Origin: a virus
DNA: 13,638 nt
IMG/VR virus record: IMGVR_UViG_3300045988_080637
Coordinates: 1 to 13,638 of that record
Reading direction: 5' to 3' (one strand)
Positions 5,583 through 13,370 of this stretch are shown piece by piece. How positions within the stretch are numbered: the stretch's first letter is position 1; each line of letters opens with the position of its first letter. Below the pieces are notes generated by a model. That model did no database searches. It saw nothing but the letters and a program-made list of their open reading frames with translations, and was not told the DNA's origin. The position numbers and the translations under genes are program-made.

Positions 5583-5911
5583 ATGTATCTGACATTTTGA
5601 CGCTGGCAAAAGCTGGATTTACGGCAGAGCAAATCGGGAAGCTGATGACCGTAGATGCACAGGCACCGGTGCCGGCACAGGCACAGGCGCCGGCACAGGC
5701 ACAGGCACCGGCACAGGCACAGGCACAGGCGCCGGCACCGGCACCGGCACAGGCACCGGATAATACACAGGCGCAGTTTGACAAGGTTTTCCAGCAGATT
5801 GCGAACCTTACGGGAATTGTGCAGAGGGGAAACATCGCAAACGCGCATCAGCCGGATTCACAGCCGCTGACGGCGGAGGATGTTCTTTCGGAAATCATCC
5901 GCCCGAACTAA
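5579..5911 (+). CDS. Putative scaffolding protein with (AQ/AP)n linker, 110 aa
   Basis: GGAGGT lies 8 nt before ATG 5579. A small helical/low-complexity protein immediately upstream of the major capsid gene, as gp7 is in phi29. Call is by synteny. Confidence 0.5.
   Translation: MNVSDILTLAKAGFTAEQIGKLMTVDAQAPVPAQAQAPAQAQAPAQAQAQAPAPAPAQAPDNTQAQFDKVFQQIANLTGIVQRGNIANAHQPDSQPLTAEDVLSEIIRPN
5657..5758 (+). repeat. Hexanucleotide tandem repeat (GCA-CAG / GCA-CCG)n, 102 nt, in-frame
   Basis: 17 consecutive 6-nt units of type GCACAG/GCACCG (variants GCGCCG, GTGCCG) encoding AQAPVPAQAQAPAQAQAPAQAQAQAPAPAPAQAP. Confidence 0.9.
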
Positions 5912-5926
5912 TGGAGGTGTTAAAAT

Positions 5927-7102
5927 ATGGCTAATACGCTTAGTATTGATAAAATTAGTACCCTGCTTAAAGCAGTTCTCAAGGATGCAACCGGGCAGGA
6001 TACAGCCGCGCTTGACACTAAGCAGTTGTTGACGCTCGGACAGAAGGCGCTGAAAACAGGTGCTGACCCTGTAATGAATGCAATTTCACAGATGCTATCG
6101 CGAACAATTTTTTCCAGCCGCCCATACAAAGCGAAGTTTGAGGGTATGCGGATTCCCGGCGACCAGTGGGGGAACTGGGTGAGGAAAATTAAGACGATTG
6201 ATGACCCGGACGACCTGACCGACAACCCTTACTGTGATTTGACCGACGGGCAGAGCGTCGACCAGTACACGATTCACAAGCCTAAGGTTGCACAGTTTAA
6301 CTTCTACGGACAGCAAAGCTACGAATATGAAAAAACGATTTTTGAAACGCAGTTAAACACGGCGTTTAATTCGGCAGAAGATTTCGGTGCATTTATTTCG
6401 ATGATTCTTACAAACATGAATAACAAAATCGAGAAGACGCACGAAGAAACCGCGCGCGCGACCGTTGCGGGTTTTGCCGCCGGCAAGATTGCGCAGAATG
6501 CCGATGTTATTCATCTGCTGACGGAGTACAACACCGCGACTGGACTGGAACTGACTGCCACGACCGTAATGCAACCGGCAAACTATAAGGTGTTTACCCA
6601 GTGGGCGTTTTCGCGCCTTGCTAACTTGTCCGATATGCTGACGGAGTATTCCAGTCTTTACCAGACCAATAGCGCAGATGGCGTATTTCTCCAGCACAGC
6701 CCGAAATCCGCACAGCGCGTGTATCTTAACTCTATGTTTATGCATCAAACCAACATGATGGCGCTTGCGGATACGTACCACGATAATTTCTTGCGTATGG
6801 CGGGTGATGTTGAATATGTCAATTTCTGGCAGATTATGACTGACCCCCAGAAAATCAACGTTGTAAAGCCGCAGTACCTTGCGGCTGACGGTACTATCGC
6901 CACTGCAACGAAAGACGTAAATCAGGGCAATGTTCTCGGAATTATTTGTGACCGTGACGCATTCGGGTATAGTCCAATTCTCACGCGGCAGAGGGTGACG
7001 CCTCCTAACGCGAAGGGCGAATATTACAATATTTTCTGGAAGTACAACGAGCGGCACGCCATCGACTTTACTGAAAAGGGTATTGTTATTCTGATGGATT
7101 AA
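5927..7102 (+). CDS. Major capsid protein, phi29 gp8-like (HK97 fold inferred), 391 aa
   Basis: GGAGGTG lies 7 nt before ATG. The block QLNTAFNSAEDFGAFISMILTNMNNKIE aligns by eye with phi29 gp8 [28 protein letters not shown]. Position after the scaffold and the following strong terminator-like helix fit an abundant late protein. Confidence 0.8.
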   Translation: MANTLSIDKISTLLKAVLKDATGQDTAALDTKQLLTLGQKALKTGADPVMNAISQMLSRTIFSSRPYKAKFEGMRIPGDQWGNWVRKIKTIDDPDDLTDNPYCDLTDGQSVDQYTIHKPKVAQFNFYGQQSYEYEKTIFETQLNTAFNSAEDFGAFISMILTNMNNKIEKTHEETARATVAGFAAGKIAQNADVIHLLTEYNTATGLELTATTVMQPANYKVFTQWAFSRLANLSDMLTEYSSLYQTNSADGVFLQHSPKSAQRVYLNSMFMHQTNMMALADTYHDNFLRMAGDVEYVNFWQIMTDPQKINVVKPQYLAADGTIATATKDVNQGNVLGIICDRDAFGYSPILTRQRVTPPNAKGEYYNIFWKYNERHAIDFTEKGIVILMD

Positions 7103-7108
7103 CTTAAT

Positions 7109-7189
7109 AGTAATAGCCCTGTATTTGCACAAAACAGGCCCTATAAGGCGCCCAAGTTAATACCATAGCAATACAGGGCTATTGCTTTT
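7109..7189 (+). terminator. Terminator-like 17-bp helix enclosing a 44-nt loop, followed by TTTT
   Basis: AGTAATAGCCCTGTATT (7109-7125) pairs with AATACAGGGCTATTGCT (7170-7186): 16 WC pairs plus 1 G.U. T-run at 7186-7189. Located 7 nt after the MCP stop. Confidence 0.6.
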
Positions 7190-7258
7190 GAGGCGATTCT
7201 GCGCGATTTTCCAAATGTGTTGGTAAATAACTTTACCAGAAAATACAGGAGGTGCAAC

Positions 7259-8002
7259 ATGGCAGGAGATAGACAGAGGTTGCCCGGTAGCAACATAGTC
7301 CCTGCTGTGGACAGCACAGCAACACGCTATCCCCATTGGTACAAGCCATTTCGGTTGCCACAGGAGTGGTATTATAGTATATACGATGACCCATATTTTG
7401 ACTATCAAGACCACGAGACAGCGAGCGAAACAAACGGCATACTTATTGCAACTGGGCTGTATAAAAACGGTTGGAAAATCCCCCAAATATCCGCAATTCT
7501 TGGGAACATGTGCCGTGAATCTACGCTTAACCCTGCATTGTGGCAGGGCGGTCATGCGCCAAGCCCCGAACCAAATAATTACAAACAGAACACAGAAAAG
7601 AAATACGGTTTTGGGCTTGTACAATGGACAGGAGCGGATAAATATATAGATTGGGCACTTGAAATATTTGGAACAAATGGGGCATATGCTGGGCTTGATT
7701 GTTGGTATAATGGTAGTATCCAGATAGCGCGCATTATGTACGAGGTAGAACACAATTATCAGTGGGAAGGCGGCACAATATACCCTGATTTCCAAGATTT
7801 TTACTTTTCCGATAGCACAGATGTCGAGCAGTTGACAAAAAGTTTTTGTCTCTGCTATGAGCGCCCTGCAATCACCGACTGGGAAGCAACAAGCAAATAT
7901 CGCATTCAGTGGGCTAATTATTGGTACAATAAATTACAAAAAATAAATCTGAATAGCTTGCCCATTTGGTTTATTTGCAAAGCCGCTAATAAATGGAGGT
8001 GA
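7259..8002 (+). CDS. Virion-associated peptidoglycan hydrolase (phage tail lysozyme domain), 247 aa
   Basis: AGGAGGTG precedes ATG 7259 (the track start 7217 has no SD). Motifs ILGNMCRESTLNPALWQ and YGFGLVQWT match the phage tail-lysozyme (Phage_lysozyme2-type) signature GNxxxES...NP...GxGLxQWT. Heads the tail-gene block, analogous in role to phi29 gp13. Confidence 0.75.
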   Translation: MAGDRQRLPGSNIVPAVDSTATRYPHWYKPFRLPQEWYYSIYDDPYFDYQDHETASETNGILIATGLYKNGWKIPQISAILGNMCRESTLNPALWQGGHAPSPEPNNYKQNTEKKYGFGLVQWTGADKYIDWALEIFGTNGAYAGLDCWYNGSIQIARIMYEVEHNYQWEGGTIYPDFQDFYFSDSTDVEQLTKSFCLCYERPAITDWEATSKYRIQWANYWYNKLQKINLNSLPIWFICKAANKWR

Positions 8003-8006
8003 AAGA

Positions 8007-9536
8007 ATGCAAATAAGATTGTATGCGTTCCGAAAGCGCATTAATTCCACGAAACGCCCAACTACAAAAAATGAACAGGGGCAGCTATCTTTTCTGACAG
8101 AATGCACGCTCAAAGATTTAACAAGCGTTCTTGCACCGCAAGTTGCGCTAATTTTTCCGGAGCATCAACTTTCCCCGGCAGCTTACAATTACGCATACAT
8201 TCCAGATTTCCATCGTTATTATTTTGTCACCGACATTATGTTCGACCGCAACCGCGTGATTTATACACTTTCCTGCGATGTTCTTGCGACTTACTGGGAT
8301 TCTCTCAAAGAATCTACACAGTATATTTTGCGTTCTGCAAGCGCTGGCGATTTATCAATAGTTGATAGCCTTTACCCTGTGACTTCTAAAATTACAAGCG
8401 GGGGGGCTGATGTTACAGGATGGGGGTTACCAACTCTTGCATCTGGCTATTATGTTCTGGGTATCGTAAACAACGCAACAAATTCAGTAGGTGGTATCGC
8501 CTATTATGTGTTGTCTAACGCACAGTTCGCTTCATTGCGGCATGCCCTTTTGACAGATTTTTCTTACATGGGAATAGCGGACAGTGAAATTTCGGCGGAA
8601 TTGCAACGCGCGATTATAAATCCTTTTCAATATATAGTTTCGTGCCGATGGTTCCCCGAAAAACCGCCGACGTCGGGCGCTGTTTCATCCATAACAATTT
8701 GTGGATGGGAATTTACAGGCGGAACAGCATCATTGCTTGCTGCTGATGGCGTTATCACGAAGGGAATAACTGTAAATAATATTGGCGTTCATCCTCAAAT
8801 TGGGCGTGGAAGATGGCTTGCATACGCGCCATATTCTACCTACTACCTATATTATCCGCCGTTTGGTGTAATACAATTAGACCCAACAAAACTACAAAAC
8901 ACATCTATTGGAATCGGCATTAGGGTTGACTGTGTATCGGGAATTGGGAGTATAACTATATCATCCGGCGAAAATCTCTTGTATTACGCCGAATGTAAAA
9001 TTGGTGTAGATATACAGCTTGCGCAAACAAGTTGGATAGGCGGCGCAATCTCTGACGTTACAAACGTTATCGGTTCAGCGGCAGCTGGCGCGAATGCTGG
9101 CGCGCTCGGCACTGGAGGAAGCGGAGCGCTTGCGGTATTAGGCGCTGGAGCAGGTGCTTTAGTTGGGATGACGCAAACTAACACTTTCAAGGGAGCGCTT
9201 GCCGGTATTGGTTCAGGTGAAACAACGTTTGCGGGAATCGGCACGGCGGCACATGCCGCTAACGGCGTTTTAAGTGTGCAGGGAAACAACGGAAATTTGT
9301 CAACCTATATTGTACAACCGCACATCTTTTGGAGGTTTGCCCATGTGGTAAATTCTGACAATGAAGATTTGGGAACACCATGTTGTAAGAAGCTAAAACT
9401 TTCAACGCTTACGGGGTTTACCACAGTTCAGCACCCCGATGTTGACGTGGTTCTTGCTTCGCAGCCGGAAATATCTTTGCTGATGCAATATTTATCATCG
9501 GGATTTTTCATTGAAGAAGGTGAATCTAATGGCTAA
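8007..9536 (+). CDS. Tail knob / distal tube protein, phi29 gp9-like, 509 aa
   Basis: N-terminal block YAYIPDFHRYYFVTDIMFDRNRVIYTLSCDVLATYW resembles phi29 gp9 [30 protein letters not shown]. A long Gly/Ala-rich hydrophobic segment resembles the gp9 membrane-active loop. C-terminal GFTTVQ...EISLLMQYLSSGF resembles the gp9 C-terminus. Confidence 0.8.
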   Translation: MQIRLYAFRKRINSTKRPTTKNEQGQLSFLTECTLKDLTSVLAPQVALIFPEHQLSPAAYNYAYIPDFHRYYFVTDIMFDRNRVIYTLSCDVLATYWDSLKESTQYILRSASAGDLSIVDSLYPVTSKITSGGADVTGWGLPTLASGYYVLGIVNNATNSVGGIAYYVLSNAQFASLRHALLTDFSYMGIADSEISAELQRAIINPFQYIVSCRWFPEKPPTSGAVSSITICGWEFTGGTASLLAADGVITKGITVNNIGVHPQIGRGRWLAYAPYSTYYLYYPPFGVIQLDPTKLQNTSIGIGIRVDCVSGIGSITISSGENLLYYAECKIGVDIQLAQTSWIGGAISDVTNVIGSAAAGANAGALGTGGSGALAVLGAGAGALVGMTQTNTFKGALAGIGSGETTFAGIGTAAHAANGVLSVQGNNGNLSTYIVQPHIFWRFAHVVNSDNEDLGTPCCKKLKLSTLTGFTTVQHPDVDVVLASQPEISLLMQYLSSGFFIEEGESNG

Positions 9537-10455
9537 TAATCCACCCTTTGATTACAACCACATAAATGCCTATGAATCGAGCATTTCCCCATCTACTTGC
9601 CACACAAAAAACACAGCGCTTTTCCAATTTTATCAACGCTATTTATTTCAGAAACTGACAAGCCAATTCAAATGGAGCTTACCCGAAGGTTGGAGCGATA
9701 CGTATTTTCTCGGCTGTTTATATGCATGGGGAAGCGTTGCGATTTTTAATAGCAAGCGTTACGGTGTAATTCCGCAGGCGGGTGCATTATATGGATACAA
9801 TGTTTTTTATCAGCCAACAAGCGTGATGATTGCAAATCCCCTTTTGCCACCGATGCGCTTGCAAATTGATAAGGATTGCGTTCTTTTCCGATTGCAACGC
9901 GATTACCACGGAGCGCTGGACATTGTTAATTATTACGCGGACTTGCTTGCAACTTCTGTAGAATCGCTTGCCATGAACATAATGAACTCTAAACTTTCAT
10001 ATGTGTTCGCCTGCGGTTCAAAAAATGCCGCACAAACTGGAAAAGAATTGATGGATAGGGTAACATCTGGTGAATTAGCTGTATGGGTGGATAAAGCCCT
10101 TTTTAACGATGATGGTTCTCCCTCGTGGGCGCCGTTCGCGCAAAACGTAGGGCAAAACTATATCGCGGACAGAATACTTTCCAACATGAGGCAAATTGAA
10201 GCAGAATTTGATACCCGCGTAGGGATTCCGACTTGTAACACCGACAAAAAAGAACGGTTGATTAGCGCTGAAGCGGAACGGAACGACGTTGAAACAGACG
10301 CAATCGTTGCGCAATGGTTTGATACCATTCAGGAGTGCATCCGCAACGTACAGAATGCGTTCGGTGTGGCAATCACTTGTGAGCGACGTTATCCGATTGA
10401 GCATAAAACAAATGGAGGTGATAAGATTGAGCGTGATGCTGGCTACAATGTATAA
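9529..10455 (+). CDS. Portal / head-tail connector (upper collar), phi29 gp10-like, 308 aa
   Basis: ATG 9529 follows GAAGGTG. Size matches phi29 gp10 (309 aa). Blocks FKWSLPEGW...GSVAIF and NTDKKERLISAEAERNDVETD align with gp10 FEWENLPPT...GYVGFY and [21 protein letters not shown]. Confidence 0.85.
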   Translation: MANNPPFDYNHINAYESSISPSTCHTKNTALFQFYQRYLFQKLTSQFKWSLPEGWSDTYFLGCLYAWGSVAIFNSKRYGVIPQAGALYGYNVFYQPTSVMIANPLLPPMRLQIDKDCVLFRLQRDYHGALDIVNYYADLLATSVESLAMNIMNSKLSYVFACGSKNAAQTGKELMDRVTSGELAVWVDKALFNDDGSPSWAPFAQNVGQNYIADRILSNMRQIEAEFDTRVGIPTCNTDKKERLISAEAERNDVETDAIVAQWFDTIQECIRNVQNAFGVAITCERRYPIEHKTNGGDKIERDAGYNV

Positions 10456-11020
10456 TTTTGACCCTTCAATCTTTGACGGCGTGGAATTTCCTTCTAATAT
10501 ATCGGTGCAAGATTTCGTCGATTCACTCCTGATGCAGTGCGGAGAAATGCCTGTTCTTTATTCGTCCCCGCCTTTGTTTAAATCGCTAATTAGGGTATGG
10601 TCACAAATTTCGCAATATACATGGGAGCGCCTTGCCAAAACACTAACGGCGGAATATAATCCAATAGAAAATTATGATAGAATGGAAGAATGGGAGGACA
10701 GCGCCACAAACACTTCGCGCTATACAAATTCTGTAAATAACACTTCCAGTGGCTCAACAAAAGAACAGATTTACGGTTACAATGATTTGCAAAGCCCGGC
10801 GGACAATAGCGCAAGGACCAGCGCAAGCACAAGCGCGGATACAAGCGATAGTGCCGGGACAGGCACAAGCGCAGGAACTCGAAAAGGGCGGGCGCACGGT
10901 AACATCGGTGTAACCACTACGCAAGAAATGCTGGAAAATGAACGGCGTGTTGCAATGTTCAACTTCTATGATGCAATTATTCGGGATTTTCAGAAGCGGT
11001 TTTTAATTTGGGTGTATTAA
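10427..11020 (+). CDS. Hypothetical structural protein; candidate lower collar / head-tail adaptor, 197 aa (TTG 10427; GTG 10433 and ATG 10436 are alternatives)
   Basis: GGAGGTG (10414-10420) lies 6 nt before the in-frame TTG. Sits directly after the portal gene, as gp11 does in phi29. Has a Ser/Thr/Ala-rich low-complexity centre. Function is by synteny only. Confidence 0.5.
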   Translation: MSVMLATMYNFDPSIFDGVEFPSNISVQDFVDSLLMQCGEMPVLYSSPPLFKSLIRVWSQISQYTWERLAKTLTAEYNPIENYDRMEEWEDSATNTSRYTNSVNNTSSGSTKEQIYGYNDLQSPADNSARTSASTSADTSDSAGTGTSAGTRKGRAHGNIGVTTTQEMLENERRVAMFNFYDAIIRDFQKRFLIWVY

Positions 11021-11037
11021 CAGGAGGTGTAAAATAT

Positions 11038-12492
11038 ATGGGTATTTGGGAACAATTCCCGTTTACGAATTTCCACGAACAGAATCTTGATTGGGCTTAT
11101 AATTCAATCAAAGAACTTGATGGAAGAGTTGACACGCTGGAAAAGAGCGGCAATGTAAGCAAAGAATACGTGGACGAACAGGATGCGGCGCTTGACGAAA
11201 AAATCAGCGGCGAACGTTCCGCGCGAACAACCGCAGACCAACAACTCCAAAATCAGATTACAGCGCACACGACAAGTATCAGCGGTCTTAATGGAAGAAT
11301 GGTTGAGGCGGAAAAGAACATAGGCGTGAAGCAGAATGTGCCTAATTTCAGAAGCATTTGGAGCACAATTGGTGATTACGAGGCTACACAGGCAATCGGC
11401 AGTAAGTTGCTGCAAGTTCAGACGGAGGGCAAGGAAAATCATCGTTCTATTGCTGGAACTGGTGGCGTGTATGATATTACTAAAGGCACAATTCAGGCGC
11501 GTCTAAATACAATCGAGGACGCGCTGAAACCCGGTTCGCTCGTAAAACAGAACAGCACAGCGGTTATCTCCATTCCGGCAAATACGGCAAGAGGTACGAG
11601 GTTTAAGCCCACGGCGGCTATTCCAGAGTTTGTCTTTGCCATTGCGGAACGTGAAACGGCAGTAACAACGGATGTTGGAAACTCTGATAATATTATTCTG
11701 CTGTGTTCGCCTCTGATTACCGAAAGTGGTGCTAAATACAATTCTTACGAAATCGAAGCTGATTGCAAGGGCGAAAACACAGCTGATTATATGCGCGTTC
11801 GTGTTAGAACTTTTGTATTCGTGGAAGGAAATGACAGCGGGGAACAGTACGCAACTACATCATATGTAGATGAAAAAACTGAACAGCTTGCAACAGAATT
11901 GGGTAACGTAGAGGCGGAAGCGCAGGATGCGTACACCAAGGCGGAGACGGCGGACAACAACGCCGCAATTGCCAAGTCAACCGCAACAACGGCGGCTTAT
12001 ACGGCTTCAACTGCACTGGAAAAAATCGGAACGAAACCAGAAGAATCAAAATATAACACCATCTGGGAAACGCTGGGAACATGGTCGGAAAATGTCCCCA
12101 TGGCGATCAGAATTAATCCTGCCTATAATTGGAGCTGGAACAATCGGTCTGCTATCAATGGTACTTCGGACTATCCCACAGACAAGGCTTCTATCAATTC
12201 GCGCTTGTCAGAGTTGGAAACAGCTATTGCTAAATTCCAGAATATGCCAAAAATCGCAAGGGGACACGTGGCAGCGTACCAAGACCAAGACGTTATTATT
12301 GATTATCAGTCAGCAGGATTTACCGAAATCCCAACGGTTGTCGCGACTTTTGCTAACACGGGTGCAACCGCCGACAGTGTAACGCGCAGTCAGTTGATTT
12401 TTGCAAAAACTACAAGCTCAGCAAAAATCAGGCTTTCCGGTACTTCCAGTCACGAGGCGTTTGGCGTAGATTGGATTGCGGTTGGTGTGTAA
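11038..12492 (+). CDS. Tail fibre / appendage receptor-binding protein with coiled coils and two duplicated lectin-like modules, 484 aa
   Basis: AGGAGGTG lies 8 nt before ATG 11038. The N-terminal FPFTNFHEQNLDWAYNSIKEL motif is common in Firmicutes phage fibres. Heptad-like segments are present. An internal module repeat is seen (see findings). The C-terminal FTEIPTVVATF...GVDWIAVG resembles an H-type lectin domain. Confidence 0.65.
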   Translation: MGIWEQFPFTNFHEQNLDWAYNSIKELDGRVDTLEKSGNVSKEYVDEQDAALDEKISGERSARTTADQQLQNQITAHTTSISGLNGRMVEAEKNIGVKQNVPNFRSIWSTIGDYEATQAIGSKLLQVQTEGKENHRSIAGTGGVYDITKGTIQARLNTIEDALKPGSLVKQNSTAVISIPANTARGTRFKPTAAIPEFVFAIAERETAVTTDVGNSDNIILLCSPLITESGAKYNSYEIEADCKGENTADYMRVRVRTFVFVEGNDSGEQYATTSYVDEKTEQLATELGNVEAEAQDAYTKAETADNNAAIAKSTATTAAYTASTALEKIGTKPEESKYNTIWETLGTWSENVPMAIRINPAYNWSWNNRSAINGTSDYPTDKASINSRLSELETAIAKFQNMPKIARGHVAAYQDQDVIIDYQSAGFTEIPTVVATFANTGATADSVTRSQLIFAKTTSSAKIRLSGTSSHEAFGVDWIAVGV

Positions 12493-12493
12493 C

Positions 12494-12524
12494 AATAAAG
12501 GGAGGGCATTGCCCTCCCTTTATT
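12494..12524. terminator. Bidirectional rho-independent terminator between the convergent late (+) and right-arm (-) operons
   Basis: AATAAAGGGAGGGC (12494-12507), loop ATT, GCCCTCCCTTTATT (12511-12524): a 14-bp perfect stem with A/T runs on both flanks, serving both strands. Confidence 0.85.
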
Positions 12525-12768
12525 CACCCCATGCAGTTAGATGCGCGCCCCCACGAAAACGGGTTGCAACCCAGCGATAGCCCCCGGCACGGCGGCGACG
12601 ATAGAGCTTTGCGCACTGCGTACCCTTAGAAATGCTGGTAGCAATTTCCATTGACCTCATTGCAAATGTGAGCGAATAAAATTCAAACCGTTTGATACTG
12701 CTTTCATCATTCCTTTCGATTTCTCTTCCATCGGCGTCGTACCGAATAAGCACATAATTAGCTTTCAT
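12520..12768 (-). CDS. Hypothetical early protein, 82 aa, Arg-rich basic C-terminus
   Basis: GGGAGG lies 7 nt before ATG 12768. Start overlaps the upstream ORF. C-terminus KLYRRRRAGGYRWVATRFRGG is strongly basic, hinting at nucleic-acid binding, which is speculative. Confidence 0.6.
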   Translation of the reverse strand: MKANYVLIRYDADGREIERNDESSIKRFEFYSLTFAMRSMEIATSISKGTQCAKLYRRRRAGGYRWVATRFRGGAHLTAWGE

Positions 12769-12976
12769 CAGGCTTCCTCCCTTTATATAATCTCTTTATT
12801 TCACCATCATTTATAGAAATAAGCTGTACTTCTTTCGCTACATAACGTGGGGTGTCCCCATCATGCCTTACAAGGGCTTTACAAAGTTGTAAAGCATTCG
12901 GAATATCGCCCTCTCCGCTCATATCACTAACTGTAATCTCACCATCTTTCCATAAAATTATCGCTATAATGACCAT
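12758..12976 (-). CDS. Hypothetical early protein, 72 aa
   Basis: GAGGTG lies 7 nt before ATG 12976. Tightly packed in the right-arm operon. No motif recognised. Confidence 0.6.
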   Translation of the reverse strand: MVIIAIILWKDGEITVSDMSGEGDIPNALQLCKALVRHDGDTPRYVAKEVQLISINDGEIKRLYKGRKPDES

Positions 12977-12982
12977 GTATGT

Positions 12983-13180
12983 TCACCTCTCATAGATTCG
13001 GACTTGTTCAACTCCGCGGAGCGGCTCAGCGACTGAACGCGCCATGAACTCCGCACGAGTTATTCTATTTGCTATGTTAGTATCCTCCCATACTGTCCAA
13101 TAATAGTAAGAGTTCGTAAATGTGTAACCCTTGCGGTGCAAGTCGTCGATTTGGTCATGCGTTAGTCTTGCCTGTTTCAT
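12983..13180 (-). CDS. Hypothetical early protein, 65 aa (track version starts at 13252)
   Basis: Internal ATG 13180 is preceded by GGAAGGG at 8 nt. The longer form would overlap the upstream ORF by 98 nt and has no SD. Confidence 0.55.
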   Translation of the reverse strand: MKQARLTHDQIDDLHRKGYTFTNSYYYWTVWEDTNIANRITRAEFMARSVAEPLRGVEQVRIYER

Positions 13181-13370
13181 CGTGTAATCCCTTCCTGTGG
13201 GCTTCTTGCCGCTTTGATATAATTTCACGGGTGATAGCCCGTGCAATGGCAAGTAGGGCTTCGCGTTCGTCTGAGCTGAAACCCTTGTAACTTCGATTCG
13301 TCAAGTTGCAAATCTCGGTTAAGGTTTTAGCCCGAAGAAACTGAACCGCAAGAAAGCGAAAATCAGTCAT
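13155..13370 (-). CDS. Hypothetical early protein, 71 aa, weak HTH-like segment
   Basis: ATG 13370 overlaps the upstream ORF's stop codon (13363-13365). KTLTEICNLTNRSYKGFSSDEREALLAIARAI is loosely reminiscent of sigma region-4/HTH, with low confidence. Confidence 0.55.
   Translation of the reverse strand: MTDFRFLAVQFLRAKTLTEICNLTNRSYKGFSSDEREALLAIARAITREIISKRQEAHRKGLHDETGKTNA

Noticed and set aside
5657-5758. CRISPR array
   Set aside because: The period is 6 nt with no spacers, and the repeat lies in frame inside a CDS.
5486-5870. Cys/Arg/His-rich ORFs (5486..5848 -, 5521..5835 -, 5655..5870 +)
   Set aside because: They are alternative-frame or antisense readings of the GCACAG/GCACCG hexanucleotide repeat. 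They have no SD and overlap a well-placed coding frame.
7083-7111. TTGTTA-17-AATAGT as a promoter driving an RNA from the 7109-7189 helix
   Set aside because: Both hexamers match only 4/6, and the predicted start would fall in the middle of the 5' stem strand. The element is more simply the terminator of the MCP transcript.
6353-7795. Long antisense ORFs 6353..7132 (259 aa) and 7157..7795 (212 aa)
   Set aside because: They are antisense to the MCP and tail-lysozyme genes, which have motif and homology support. They lack SDs and have Cys/Arg/Ile-rich shadow-ORF composition.
10289-10426. N-terminal extension of the collar-candidate ORF (track start 10289)
   Set aside because: It would overlap the portal gene by 167 nt. 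A strong SD (GGAGGTG 10414-10420) precedes the in-frame TTG, GTG and ATG cluster at 10427-10438.
13181-13252. Long form of the 89-aa ORF (start 13252)
   Set aside because: It would overlap the upstream 71-aa ORF by 98 nt and lacks an SD. The internal ATG 13180 has GGAAGGG at the proper distance.
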